Below the pieces are notes generated by a model, which did not search any database, was not told where the DNA came from, and saw only the letters and a list, made by a program, of their open reading frames with translations. A DNA stretch of 64,000 nt from Geosiphon pyriformis uo1 (lineage: Eukaryota > Fungi > Glomeromycota): contig JAAOMT010000479.1 of assembly GCA_016748015.1 (NCBI GenBank), positions 120,332 to 184,331 on the forward strand, in the 5' to 3' direction. The position numbers and the translations under genes were made by a program. Below, in pieces: positions 13,837 through 28,000 of this stretch (the stretch's first letter is position 1; every line of letters starts with the position of its first letter).

Positions 13837-16800
13837 GTTTTGTTTTAATGTGTATAATTGGTTTCAGATTTCGTGGAATTTCATTTGGTCTCACTAGTGT
13901 TCTTTGTACTCCCAGTTGTGGAATACTATTGGTAAATAATGATGTGCAATAATAGAGTTTTAGTCGATTACTATGTGCTGTTTTGGCTAAGATTTTGTTG
14001 TCTTATCTTAGCTTATATGCTTTATTTCTCAAAATTTTTTCAATGTGAAATGATCTATCCCATTTGGAGTCAAATTTTCTATTCTATTGTTTTTTTGTTT
14101 TGATACAATATAAAAGTACTTTGTCTCTAATCTTGAATTTAACTGGTTTATTTAATAATTGGTTATAATGCCTTTTTTTTTGTTTTTTTTGTGACTTTTG
14201 TATGTTATTAACTGCTTTTTGCCTTTTGTTTTTTAGAGTTTCCATTAAGTCATATATTTTTCTTAATAATGTTTCTTGGAAATTGTTTTCTGTTATTGGT
14301 TCTGTTGGATATGTATTGACTTTTATCTTAACTGGTAATATTGTTGTTCTATTATATATTAATTCAAATGGTATTACTTGTGTAGTATCTTGCTTTGTTG
14401 TTTGATAAGCAAATAATACTGATAGTATAAACAAATCCTATTTGTTCTGGTTTTCTTAGCTGATCTTAGCAATTGCTTCACACAATATTCTATTAAATCT
14501 TTTAACTAAGTCATTGATTTGTAGATAATATAGTAATGATAATGGTCTTTTGATTCCAAATCTTTGACTTAATTCTATTAATGTTCTATTCACAAAGTGA
14601 GTTCTTTGATCTAATAACATTTTTTTGGATATTTGTGTTGACAAATTAGATCTTGATAAACGAATTTGGCTGTAGATTCTGCATCTGGTCTTTGAATTGC
14701 TTTCACTTCTGGCCATTTTGTGAGATAATCTATGACTACTGCAATATATCTATTATCTCTGCTGGTAATTGTTAATAGTCTAACTAAATCAATTCTGATT
14801 TGATCAAATGATTGTCCTACTTTGATTGGTCTCAATGGTTTACTTGGTTTTGTTTCTTTTCTTTTCTAACAAGCATTACAATTTTGAATATATTAGATAA
14901 TATCTGAATATATAGATAGCCAATAGTATTTTTTTCTGGTTCTTTTCATGGTTGTTTCTTTATGAAAATATCTTACTATTAAATCTGAATGCATATTAAA
15001 TAGTATTGTTTTTTTCTCTGATTCTATAATTACTCTGAGTAGTTGGTCTAAATTTTTTCTGTTTTTCTAATATAATTTATTTTGGTGAGTGATAAAATAT
15101 TTGGATTGTTGTTTTATATTGTTCTATTCTTTTGAAAATAATTTCTCCTTAAACTGCTAGGTATTAATATAGTATTGGAATTGTTAATATTTTTGTGTAT
15201 TCATCTTTTGTTATATTTTTGGGTTGAAATAGTTTTAAATTTGTTTTATTCATAACAAGTTATTAGCATTTTCATTTTCTTTTTTCTTTTTGTAATATAC
15301 TGTATATTTGAATAGTACAAGTTCTATTTTCTATCTCACATGACGATCATTTTCAAATTTTTGCTTTTAGATTGATGTTAATTTTTTGTGATTCATGTAT
15401 ATATTAAATTTCTGGTTTAAGTATTTTTTCTATTTTATAACTGCTCAATAAATAGCTAAGTGTTCTAATGCTGGTATTTCATAGTTTTTTTCAGCTGAAC
15501 TTAAACTGTGACTAGTATATGCTACTAGATATTCTCTTTCATTTAGTTTTTTCTGAAATAATACTGTTTTTAATGCTTGGCTTAATGTATTAGTAGTAAT
15601 AATAAATGATTTGCTGTGATCTGGATAGATTAATACTGACACTTGAATAAGCTTGCTTCTTAGTATGTTAAAAGCTTCTTGCTGAATTTTTGTCCATTCA
15701 TATTTTACATTTTTGACTTAGAACTGGTGGAGTGATTAAGTTATTTTTTAGAAGTTCTGAATAAAGCAGTGGTAGTATTGGCAAATCCCAAGAATGCTCA
15801 TAGTTCTATCAAATTTGTTGATACTAGAAAGTTTTTTACTATTTCAATCTTGTCTAAATTTATTTTGATTCCATTTTTGTTTACAATATGTCTCAAGAAT
15901 TTCAATTCTGTTTTGCCAAAAAAGCATTTGGTAGTATTTAACTTTAGCCTTACTTGTCTTAATCTTTCAAACACCTGTTGTAGCTAATAAAAATAGTCAT
16001 CAAATGTTTTTGAAAATATGTTGATGTTATTTAAGTAGACTATTACTGATTTCCATAGCAGTTTAGTATAAACAATTTCTATAAGTTATTGGAAGGTGGC
16101 TAGTATATTAGTCAAACCAAATAGCATTATTTTGAATTCAAAATTTTTTTTTCTGATTGTAAAAGCAGTCTTCTCTTTATTTTCTAGTTTTATAGCTACT
16201 TGCCAATAACCACTATCTAAATCTAATATTGAAAACCATTTTTTTTTTCTGAAAGCATCAAATAATTCCTGAATATGTAGAATGGGGTAACTGTTTTTAT
16301 GCATTACTCTATTGAGTTTTTTATAATTCACACAAAAACAAATTTTATCATTCTTCTTAAGATTAGTACTACTGGCAACAACCATAGACTTATTAATGAT
16401 TGAATTAATCCATTGTCTAATATTCTGTTAATTTCTTGTCATATGATCTCATGATTGGCTGGTAGTACTTGGTATGCTTTTTGTTTAATTGACATTGCAT
16501 CTCCAGTTTTGATCTGATGCTAGATGATATTAGTTTGATCAAATTTGTTTTCACTAACAAAAATATCAGTGAAATTGTTAAGTAGTAATTTGAGTTGTAT
16601 TTGTTAAAGTGGGTCTAAGTTTCCCAGATTTATTTGTTCTAATTGTTTTGGTTGGAGCAAATAACATTCTTCACATCTATATATTGTTTGTAATGTAATA
16701 TCTACATATCTGCATAGTTGTGAAAAGTTTGAGATAATGCTTAGTAGTTGGTTTTTAACTTCAGTGCTTAAGTATCCTATGGTGGTTTTTTTTGGTATTT

Positions 16801-19800
16801 TGATAACATCTCTTATTGTGTTGTGAATGGGAATTTTTATGTATAAAGATTGGTAAGTTCAATCTTTTTTGATTTGCAAATAGTAGTTTTTACTTTGAAA
16901 ATTTGAGCTTGATTCTTTACTTTTCTTTCTATGGTTAATATGTACTAATTATGTAACAAAATAAAAATTAATTAACAGATAGAAATATTTTTTTCCTTGT
17001 CAATAACTTCTTTCTCTGTCATATTAACTGGTATATCTATTTTACCTATGAATCTGAATTCCTGTATTCTTCTTGTTGTTATCTCTAATTTCTCTCTTTT
17101 TTTTACTAACACTAATTAAACTATTTTAACTAAAGGCAAGAATATTGCTTATGCTATTTTTTTATTAGGCTCTATTGTATAGACTTTTTTTGAGTTGTTT
17201 TGTAGTATTGTGATAATATTTTCTACATATCCTGCATCAATTATTTTTTTTCTTATATTAATTTTTTTTTCACTAAATTACTTCTAGATGTTAATTGAAC
17301 TATTGTTGTTGCTGGGATTTCTATTACAACTTTTATATCAATGCATATGCACAAGTATAGTTCTAATTTGATGGCTTTTTTTCCTGGGTATCTCAAATCA
17401 AAATCTGCATCAGTATTATGTGCATATTTTGGCATAATATCTTTATTGTTATTGCTGAATTATTTAAGTTTTTGTTTTTTGGAAAGGTTAAGAAGTGTAA
17501 TATATTGTTCTGGGTTTGAATTAGAGTTCAAATCTTTGTTGTTTTTGTTGCCAGTTTGAATAGAACCTAAACTATTATTATCATTATCATTATCAGAGTT
17601 TAAATTAAGATTGAATATCAATTCTTATTCTAATGTACAGCTGCTGATTGGTTCTTTTTCTTCTGAAATTATGTAGATCATGTGTGGTAGTGGATTATAA
17701 ATAAGATCACATTCATTACAATACTCAAAGTTACTGGGAATTAGGCAATATTGATACAGTCTAATGTTTAGCTGTTCTAACTGCTGTTTTTGTTTTTCTT
17801 TGGTTGGTGTTAATTCTTGGTAGTGTTCATAAAATTGTTCTGGGCCCATAAGATCTGGGACAATATCTGAATTTGGGGTCTAATTGAGTTTTATAAGTTC
17901 TGGTAAGTTGTTTTTTATTATTTTTATTTCTTCTGGTAATGTGCCTTCGATTTTGGTAAGAGTTATTTTCCATATTTTATTATCATTATATAGACAACCA
18001 TTCAAATGTTTTACAGCTCTTCTCTATGCAAAATCTATGGGCATTTTTTTTCTTATCTAGTTATTGATTAAAATTGTGTATTGACACAATTTATTACATG
18101 TTTCTTTATGATTAGAAATGTTGTTCCACATTCCTTTGTCTAGAAGAGTTTCTTTACAAGCAAAACATGGTTTATTGTTCTATTTTTCTTGTCTTTTTGG
18201 CCATCCAAAGCATTCAAAGACACATGGGCAGCAATAGAACTTTGTTGTAGTTGGCCATTTCTTATTGTTGCTATAGCATGTGCCCATTGTAGACAATTTT
18301 TTGTCACAATTGATGCATATTAGCTTGGGTTAATAATAATTTGTTTGCTAGATAGTAGTGTACAGTAGATAAGTGAAGATAGTGGCTAGTGTTGATTCTT
18401 CCTCTCTTTCCTTCTCTTTTTCTTTTTTCTTCCAAGTTAAAATTGGTGGTAGCTTATTGTAGTCTTCTTTGGCTTATGAGACTTGGAATGCTTTTCAGAT
18501 AGGTTTTTTTTTCTCCTTTTCTAACTCTATTAATAGTTGTTTGTTAATGGTGGTCCTAAAATAACTGCAAGTGGCTGGTATTTGGCTATGCTAGCCATTC
18601 AGACTCAGTTGTAATTTCTGAGTGTTTTAATCTAGTACTGTATTGGTTTTAGACAACCAGTCATTACTAACAAGAGCTTAGTACTAAGTGGCTTCTATTA
18701 CAAAAATTTTGATGAGTATAGTAAGGCCATTGACTTCAAAAGGGAAGTTATCTATTTCACCAATAGGAGTTTTTGTGGCTTTATCAGCAGTGATAATTTG
18801 GGCACTGGCAGCATGATCAACTTGATAATCTAATTGGTCTATGAGTTGTTATGTGATGATGCTGTCTGCTAATCCACTATTAAGAATTAGTTTGATAAAC
18901 TGACTATTAACATTGGCATTTATGTACATTGCAGTAATGGGTTTGGTGTTGAAAATGGCTCTACTAAAAAAAGGCATTGTTGATTCCTTAAGTTTAAAGG
19001 AAAAGATGGCTGCAAGTAATTCATCTTTAGTAATTGTTGTTAGAAGTATATTACTGGTAAATAGTATTTGATTGGCTTCCAAGTTGTTAGATGTGATATC
19101 TTTTAAAGTAACCAGAAGACTTAAATAGTTCTAAGAATTCTGATTTTGAATATATTCAGTTCCTAAACTCTACTGTCATGATCCTGATTGTGGGGTTAAT
19201 GAACTGGAGATTGGTTGGTACATAATTATTGCTAATCTCCAGTTTTGTTGGATATGGGTAACTTTTGGCTTTTAATTTCTGAATGTCAGGTGAATTGAAT
19301 TTGATGGTGATGTTTGAATTAATGGAGTTTAATAAATTATTTGTGGCAGTGAGGTTTGATAAATTACAGGTGTTGCCAGTTAATAAATAAGTGTTTAATA
19401 GATTGGCTGTATTACTTGTGTATAATACAGTTAAGTTTGGTACTGTTTGAGTGCTTGATGACTGATGTAGTTCTGAGTTTGAAATTAGTAATTGGAATTT
19501 TGATACTGATTTTCTGATTATTGGTTGTTTATTTTTTTTTAACATTCAAATTACAGATGTTCTTATTTATTACAATAATGGCAGATACATTTTTCTTGTT
19601 ACCATAATTGATCAGTTAATGACAATGGATGCACCTAATTTTGGATACAATTTGTGTTTTTCTGATTATTTTGCTATTATGAAGATTAATAAACTGTCTG
19701 ATTATTAACTAAGTATTTCTCAAGTTTCTGGTTGATTGAATTACTAAACTGCTTTAATTTGGAATTTAAGTCAAATGATCCATTTATTACTAAGTTTATT

Positions 19801-20064
19801 GTTTGGGCATGATTTGCTTTTAACTCAGCTGATTCTAAATCTCTAATATAGTTAATGGCATCCTGAAATATAGTTGGACATAGTGGACATACATGTTGTA
19901 ATAAGCTGCTGCATAGCCTATGAATAAACTAATTCAAAACCTGAAATATAATAAAGTAGTCTGCATTAATGGCTTGAATTTAATGCAAGTTTCTGTAAAA
20001 GCATTTTAAGTAAGTGATAACAGTTTCAATGTTTTTCTGTTTAATAGTAGTGAAATTAGTTACT

Positions 20065-20521
20065 AAGTATTGACAGCTATCAACATAAAGTGTTGATAAT
20101 TAGAGTTTGATGAATATTTTTTAATCAAATGATGGCAACATAAATTAGATATAGATAAGTGTTTTATTAATATTTTGATAATTTCACTTCAGTAGATATA
20201 AACTATCTTTAAAGTAATTAGTGAATAGATAAAAAAAGAAGTCTGAACTAAGAAGTTTGTCTTTTTTTATTTCTAATGCTACTGCTATATATACATAATT
20301 TTTTTTACATGAAAAATTTGTTTTCTTTGCTAAATTTTCTGCAAAATCTTTGATTTCCTAAAACATCTAAGATTTTCTGAAAAATTTTCAACTTTTCTGA
20401 AATATTTTAGATTTTCTGAAAAATTTTTTTTTCTTTTCTTTTATTCTAATTGGCTAATTTATAATCATGTGTTTTTTTCTTTTTTGATTATGTATTATTA
20501 TTATTTTTTTTAAGTATAATA
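20065..20521 (-). repeat. Truncated 5' LTR of copy B fused to mid-gag by deletion
   Basis: Near-identical to 12655-13109; abuts gag FTTIKQ codons at ~20055. Confidence 0.88.
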
Positions 20522-20938
20522 CTGTCATGTTTTCTGTATTTTTGTTTTCTATGGTTTCTTCTTCTGTGAATTCAGAAGTGTTTTTATTGTTATTAGAATG
20601 ATTATTTTGGTTTTCTGTTAAAAAATCAAGAAGATTGATACTAGTAAATATGAATTCTGGTTGTTGAATAAGATTTCTTGGTAAGGTAAAATCTTTTGGT
20701 CTCAAAAATCAGATAAGAGGTGAATTGGAAGTTTGTAGTTGAGCAAGTGAAATTAGAAATAGTATAATAAAAAGTGATAATTTGATATTGATTCTTTTTT
20801 TAAATGTTTGCAAGTATTTGGCAGTTGTTTTTGGTGTATTATAAGTTGTATAACTAACTTAAAGTTTTTTTTTTGTTTTTTGTTGTTGCTATTTTTTGGT
20901 TTTGATTCAAATTCAAAAGAGTATTTGAACTGTATTGG

Positions 20939-21958
20939 TATTACAGATAAACTAAGTAGTATGTGGTAGTAATATTTGGTGCTCAAATTGTGGGTTTTTA
21001 AGGAGCTTTAAAAATTTTTTTTAGTAGTCTTATTTAATATGTCAGTATTATCAGTTTTTGAAGGTCTTTTTGATTGATCGAAATTAATTTGTGGAGTTTT
21101 TTGGTTATAAAGCACAAAGAAATAGTTTTGTGATGTTGTAACTTTTATGTATGTAAGCTATTTTCTTCAAGTTAGTTAAGTACAGTTACTAAGATCTGCT
21201 AATATCTTTTTGTCTTTCTGGTAAGCTAACAAGATAATATTAATATTTAATTCTAAGAAGAGCTTCTTTCTTTTACCAGACTATTACAAAATCTATTTCT
21301 AAACAGTTAATTTTTTATGTTATCATTCTATAAGAGAAAACAAAAAAAAATAAAAAAATAAAAAATAAAAAAAAATAAAAAAAGAAGAAATTAGTATTGT
21401 CAATTGCTATAATTAAAAACAATTGGTCTAAGTTGTAATGGTTTAAGACTGTTTTATGCTAAGAGCATCTGGTCAAGAACCAAAGTAAAAACAAAATTAA
21501 TTCAATTAAAATACATAAATACAAAAATTATATAGACATAAATTACAAGTTTGTTAATATTTTTTTCATTTTAGTAATATAAGATATAAAATATAACAAA
21601 AAATATATAACAAATATAGATAGAAGAAAATTGATTCTTGTCTATTTGTTTTTTTTTTATTTTTTACAACTACTTTCTTTTATATATTTTTTTTAGTTTT
21701 ACAAGACTGCTTTTAATTATTTTGTTATTGTTAATTATTGCTTGCTATTTCTGTTATTGTTTTATTTTTTTATGTTATTATTAGTTATTCTAAGTTTAAC
21801 TAGTTTCTTTGTGTTATATCATATTTTCACATTTTGTATTATGTTCATATTATTACATATTATTATGTGTTTTTTTGTATTATTTTGTATTATTTTATGT
21901 TATTATATTTTGATCACATTTTTTTATAACTTGAATTAGTTTTTCTACTCAGATAATA
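20939..21958 (-). mobile_element. Solo LTR F (divergent family-1-like) inserted in element E
   Basis: Ends TATTACAG...GATAATA (decayed TGTTAC...GTAACA); flanks TTGG/CTGA, each one transition from CTGG; removal restores E reading ...KY[SP][VI]QFKYSFEFE; hairpin module at 21390-21428 and A/T tract. Confidence 0.75.
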
Positions 21959-22290
21959 CTGAATATTTTTTTTCATAATACTAAATAATATTAAAATTGA
22001 GTTTATGGAATTAAGTATCAAGTATTTCATTCTTAATGTTTTTAGTTTCCAAGTAAAAATAGTGCAATAAATTTTTGTAGAGATTGTTTCTCACTTCTAA
22101 AATATTGTAGTTTCTAAAAAAATAATTGTTAATATAATTTTTGATGTATTAATATAATGTTTTCTTGAATGTTAAATCTTTGCTTACAGTAAATATAAAT
22201 TGATTAATAATACTCTAGAGTTGTTATGTCTGGTGTGGTCACTACTTTAAAGTTGTTGTTATTGTGTTATTTTTGTAAAAGAGCACAAAA

Positions 22291-23092
22291 TATTATTGGA
22301 GGTTTTTAGTCTCTTTTTTTGAATGTTGTTGATATTTGTTTGTTGTAAATTTAGGTTTTTTGGAAGTTAGTAAATCTTCAATAACTGAATTTATTTTCAA
22401 ATTATTTCTTATAATTTGAACTGCTGGACTTATAAGTAGAATAGCCAATTCTGTGCCAATTGTTTTGTATAGTTATATTGTAGTAAATATCAACTCTTTC
22501 TTAAGAATTGCTTGTTTAGAAGCTTACTAAAAAATGTGTAGTTACTTTGCTGTAAAAGTTAACTCTTTTACAGAAATTTTGTCTGTAAATTACCCTAATT
22601 ATTATAATAAAAAAACAAAAAAAAATATAAAAAATATAAAAAAAATAGGATTTTGTTAAGTGAATTATTTTTTATTTAAGCCTGAAGTCACTAACAAATT
22701 ATTGAAATTGATAACTAATTAATTTCAAAATATTAGTTGGGTTTTTGGAGAATTATTAAATATAATAATCAAAGATTGAGTTTTCAAATATTTATTTTTA
22801 TTGATTTATAAAGATATGTAAAAGAATGATTTTTTTTAGCTAAGATATCTAAGAAAAAATATATTTTTTTGAAGAAAAAAGCTCTTTTTTTATACAATTT
22901 GTTGTAATATTAGTCTTTGAACTTGCATTTTTTCTTTTGTTATAATTTTGGTGAACTACAAGTTATTTCTATAAACTATTAATTATTTGGGCCAATTCTT
23001 ACTAATTTCGGCAAATTTTTGAATATTAAATAGTTTAAAGTATTGTGTAATTTGATTATTTTAATTTCTATAGTACAAATTGAATTATTAAT
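22291..23092 (-). repeat. 5' LTR remnant of element E (family 2 LTR)
   Basis: Reverse complement aligns with solo LTR 43877-44811; followed on the minus strand by the decayed PBS TTTTGTGCTCTTT. Confidence 0.85.
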
Positions 23093-23547
23093 TGTTTTAT
23101 TATATATTAATAGTATTTATATATTATTTTTATTTTATAATATATAAATTTTAATAATAATAATTGGTTAAATTTCATTATCTTTCTCTTGTTGATCCCC
23201 CGGTCACAACAAGAGTGAGATATTGTCAAAGAAAAAGTCTTCTTTACTCCTTATTCTCTTCGTATTTTAATTATTTCTTCGAGCATCCCTTTATTCATGA
23301 ACATAGAACCAGTGAATTATGTTGCTGGTGGCTCTGGATCTACTTCTGCTGGTTTGGGAAACTGGCTCGATACAAAAAAGAAGAGAGTGAATAATGTATA
23401 TTCTTATAGTGCATCTTATAAGAAGCCTAAAAATCCTAAAGTTGACATTGGTATGGTCGATTTGTCTGCTGGTCTGTTGGGCCTGGCCGATATTGGTAAT
23501 GTTGACAGTAAGTTTTCAAAATCTTGGGGCAGCAAAATGGAAAGTGA

Positions 23548-24368
23548 TGTTATAAATGATTATTTGGGGTTTTAAGTCAAATAACAAATCCATAACGTGG
23601 TACTTGATTGATATTCTGGTGTTAATATCTGAAGGTTTTGTTGTTAAGTTCTTGGTATAATAGACAAAAAATGAATTGATGGTTTTATCTATAGCTTTCT
23701 GAAACCACAGTTTTGTCAAATTTTTTTCTTAGCATGGTGGCCAGTAATTCTTCTGGTAAGCTATCCTCAAGTCTATAAGTGTTTTACCCTTGTTTTACAG
23801 GTCTTTTACCAGTCACTATAACATCTGTATCTCAGCATTTTTAATTCTCAATCAATTAGTATACAACAATAAAAATCAAAGAAAGAAAAGAAAATAAAAG
23901 AAAAGAAAAAAAGAAAGGAGCCAAGACAATGCACAAGTTAGTATTCCGTCAATAGCCATAATCAAGAGTTATTGTTCCTGTGAGTTTAAGTATCAATTAC
24001 TATCAACATGAAGTGTTGATTGTGAAGAGTGAATTTGAGATAGTGAATAATTATTTATTGATATTTGTAATATGAAAAGTTTCTAACTGATGGATTCTGC
24101 TTTTTTTACTTCTAACACTACTGCTATATATACATAATTGATGTTTTATAAGATCGCTTACATTTCTGAGCAATGTGCTATGATTTCTTGAGCAATACTC
24201 ACATTGCTGAGCAATGTGCTCTAATTTTCTAACATTGCTCCATATTGCTGAATGATATGCCATGTTTTCTGACATTGCTCCATATTGTTGAGCAATGTGC
24301 TTATGTGCTAACTACTACTCACTTATTGATCTACTATTTTCTATATCTGTTTTTTTTTATGAGTAATA
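23548..24368 (-). repeat. 3' LTR of copy C
   Basis: TGTTATA...GTAATA; collinear with 42474-43338; U3 built from CACATTGCTGAGCAATGTG palindromes. Confidence 0.95.
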
Positions 24369-24382
24369 TTATCTCTTTTTTT

Positions 24383-25082
24383 TTAATATTGAACTTCATC
24401 AAAATCTTCATTCTGAATTAATTTCAATGCTTTTTTTTCTAGTATTGCTTGTTTGACTTTCTTTTTTATGTTTTTTACTTGTATATTGTTCATTTTTCCC
24501 CATTGGTTAATGGTTATGGTTTTTATGTCGGAGTGTAACAGTATTTCTGAATAGTTCTGAAATATGTTGTATAGTCGGTACATTGTTTTAATATGTAGTG
24601 TTGAATTTGTTTTTTTCCAATAAATTCTTCAATTTGTTGTATTATGTTCTGGTTAAATATTCTCTTAGATTTGTTGGTATACAACTCCTAAATATTCAAC
24701 TTCCGACCTAACCAGTAATAGCAGTATGATATTGGAAGTTGTTCTGTCCATTGCTTCCAATTCTCTTTTGTAAGTTCTTTTGTTGGTGCCATAGCAGAAA
24801 TTTTCCCAAAAGTGTTCTTTACTTTTTCTATTATGTTGTTTAACCAGTTTTTATCATTCTTTGGTACTTGTTGATATAGTGTATTCTTTGTCTTTCTTTT
24901 GGTGTTTTGATAGCAAATTGTTTGGTTATTAATGATAATTTCTATGTCAAATGGTTGTTGACTTAATGCTTGGAATAATTGCTGTACTATGGTGTGAATA
25001 TGATCTGGTATTTCTATTTTCTTGGTTGCTTTTGTTGCATATATTATGTTTTTATATATTCTCTAATTGTTTGATTTTACAT
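24383..25082 (-). pseudogene. ORF3 of copy C (~233 aa)
   Basis: Reads ...HTIVQQLFQAL...ENWKQWTEQLPISYCYYWLG...MYRLYNIFQNYSEILL...EDFDEVQY*. Confidence 0.82.
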
Positions 25083-28000
25083 GTTTGGTCCAATGATTAT
25101 GATTGGTTCCAGATCTCGTGGAATCTCATCTGGTTGGACTAGTATTTATTGTACTCCTAATTGTGGAATATTATTGGTGAATAGTGACACTATATAGTGA
25201 TATGGTTTCAGTTGATCACCATATGCTGCTTTGGCTAAAATTTTGTTGTCTCATCTTAATTTATAAGCTTTATTTCTAAGAATTTCTTCAATGTGAAATG
25301 GTCCATCCCATTTGGAGTCAAATTTTCTACTCCATTGTTTTTCTGCTTTAGTACGATGTAGAAGTACTTTGTCTCCAATCTTGAATTCAACTGGTTTGTT
25401 TGGTAATTGGTTATCATGTCTCTCTTTTTGTTTTTCTTGTGATTTTTTAATGTTATCAGCTGCTCTTCATCGCTTGTTTTCTAGAGTTTCCATCAAATCA
25501 TATGTTTTTTTTAGCAATGTTTTCTGAAAATTGTCTTCAGTTATTGGTTCTGTTAGATAAGTGTTGACTTCTATTTCAACTGGTAATATTGTTGTTCTAC
25601 TATATACTAATTCAAATGGTGTTGCTTGTGTAGTGTCTTGCTTATTGTCTGATAAGCTAATAGTATTGATAGTATAAACAAATCCCATTTATTCTGATTT
25701 TTTTGACTGATCTTGGTGATTGCTTCACACAATGTTTTGTTAAACCTCTCAACTAACTCATTTGTTTGTAGATGGTATAATAATAATAATGGTCTTTTGA
25801 TTCCAAATTTCTGACTTAATTCTGCTAATGTTCTGTTTACAAAGTGAGTTCTTTGATCTGATAATAGTTCTTTTGGACATCTATGTCGACAAATTAAATC
25901 TTGATGAATGAATTCGGTAACGGATTCTGCATCTGCTCTTTAAATGGCTTTTGCTTCTGGCCATTTTGTGAGATAGTTCATAGCTACTGCAATATATCTG
26001 TTGCCTCTACTGGTGATTGTTAATAGTCCGACTAAGTTAATTCCAATGCGATCAAATAGTTGTTTCACTTTAATTAGTCTTAATGGTTCACTGGGTCTTT
26101 TTTCTCCTCTTCTCTGACAAGCATCACAATTTTGAGCATATTGGATGATGTTTGGATACATTAATAGCCAATAGTATTTTTTTCTGGTTCTTTTTATGGT
26201 TGTTTCTTTATGAAAATGTCTTGCTGTTGGGTTTGAGTGTATGTTGAATAATATTGTCTCTTTCTCTGGTTCTGTGATTACTCTGATTGGTTGATCTGGA
26301 TTTCTTCTGTTCTTTCAGTAAAGTATATTTTGATGGTTGATAAAATATTTTGATTGTTGTTTTATGTTGTTTTGTTCTTTTTGAGATAATTTCTCCTTAA
26401 ACAATTGGGTATTTATATAATATTGGAGTTGTTAGTATTTTTGTATATTTATCTTTTGTTATATTTTTGGGTTGGAATGTTTTTTTTTTAGATTTGTTTT
26501 ATTGACAACAGTCCATTGGCATTTCCATTGTCTTTTCCCTTTTTATAATATACTGTATAATTAAATGGTAAAAGTTCTATTTTCCATCTGGCATAACAAT
26601 TGTCTGCAAATTCTTGTTTTTGGATTGAAGTCATTCTTTTGTGATCAGTATACACTTTAAACTTTTGGCTCAAGTATTTTTTCAATTTAATAACAGCCCA
26701 ATAGATAGCTAAGTGTTCTAGTGCTGGAGTTCTATAGTTCTTCTCAGCTGGACTTAAGCTTCTATTGGCATAAGCTATTGGATGTTCTCTTCTATTGGGT
26801 TCTTTCTGTAAAAGTACTGCTCCCAATACTTGACCTGATGCATCAGTGGTGATTATGAATGGTTTGCTGTGGTCTGGATACATCAATACTGGAGCTTAAA
26901 TAAGCTTTCTTCTTAATGTATCAAAAGCTTCTTGTTGAGTTTCTGTCCATTGATACTTCACATTCTTTGTTTGGAGTTGATGTAATAGTTAAGCTATTAT
27001 AGAAAAATTCTTAATGAAGTGGTAGTAGTATCTGGCAAATCCCAAAAACACTCTCAATTCTATAAGATTATTTGGTACTGGAAAGTTCTTGACAATCTCA
27101 ATTTTGTCTGGATTTGTTTTGATTCCATCTTTGCTCACCACATGTCCCAAAAACTTGAGTTCAATTTTTCCAAAGAAACATTTGGTTGCATTTAATTTCA
27201 GTCCAGCTCTTCTTAATCTTTCAAACACTTGTTGGAGATAATGCAGATAATCATCAAATGTTTTTGAGAACACATTGGTGTCATCTAAGTATACAACTAC
27301 TGATTTCCATGTAATCCAGTATAGACAATTTCCATAAGTCATTGGAATGTTGCTAAAGCATTCATTAAGCCAAATAGCATGACTTCAAATTTGAAATTCT
27401 CTTCTCTTATTGTGAATGCAGTCTTTTTTTTGTCAGCTGGGTCTATGGCTACTTGTCAGTAACCACTATCTAAATCCAGTGTCGAGAACCATTTATTTCC
27501 TCCAAAAGCATTGAACAGCTCTTGGATTTTGGGCATTGGATAGCTATCTCTTTTGGTTACTCCATTGAGTTTCTGGTAATCCACACAAAAGTGGATTTTT
27601 CCATTTTTTTTCCAGACTAGCACCATTGGTAATGACCATAGATTCATTGATGACTGAATTAACCTATTGTCAAGCATCCAATTGATTTTTTGACAAATGA
27701 TTTCATGGCTAGCTGGTGGTACTCTGTATGCTCTTTGCTTAATTGGCATTACATCTCCAGTCTTGATCTGATGCTAGATGATGTTGGTTCAGCCAAATTC
27801 ATTTTTGCTAGCAAAGATGTTATTGAAATTGTTAAGTAACATCTTGAGTTGCATCTATTGAAGTGGATCTAAATTTCCCATGTTCATCTGTTCTAATTGT
27901 TCTGGTTGGAGCAGATAACATTCACTTCTTCCATAGATGGTTTGTGATGTAATGTCTACATATCCACAAAGCTGTGGAAAATCCGGAACATGGTTTGGTG

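Larger units (their letters stand above)
12212..20521 (-). mobile_element. Ty3/Gypsy copy B (family 1), inserted in the gag of E; 5' LTR/PBS/gag start internally deleted
   Basis: 3' LTR 12212-13109, partial 5' LTR ~20065-20521, perfect 4-bp TSD CTGT (12208-12211 and 20522-20525); ORFs 18849-19082 (protease LILNSG), 17253-17435 (dUTPase), 16086-16385 (RT), 15445-15642 (RNase H), 14084-14835 (integrase), ORF3 13124-13836. Confidence 0.95.
9919..23092 (-). mobile_element. Older sister-family Ty3/Gypsy element E (family 2), interrupted by B, solo LTR F and A
   Basis: 5' LTR remnant 22291-~23092 (homologous to solo LTR H), PBS remnant ~22275-22288, N-terminal coding region 22270-21959 and 20938-20522, gag core 12211-11690 (QKWLDKIQKA..LKAILYFL..ENWQAFKNAFLEQF), protease QLILDSRSVGNIIT ~10850, Cys-rich domain ~10250-9920. 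Confidence 0.85.

Noticed and set aside
24383-25082. ORF3 as an envelope gene
   Set aside because: Too short; no evident signal peptide, furin/fusion peptide or transmembrane anchor
25078-25340. Chromodomain at the integrase C-terminus
   Set aside because: Tail is a GPF/SH3-like motif followed by a short extension; no chromodomain aromatic pattern
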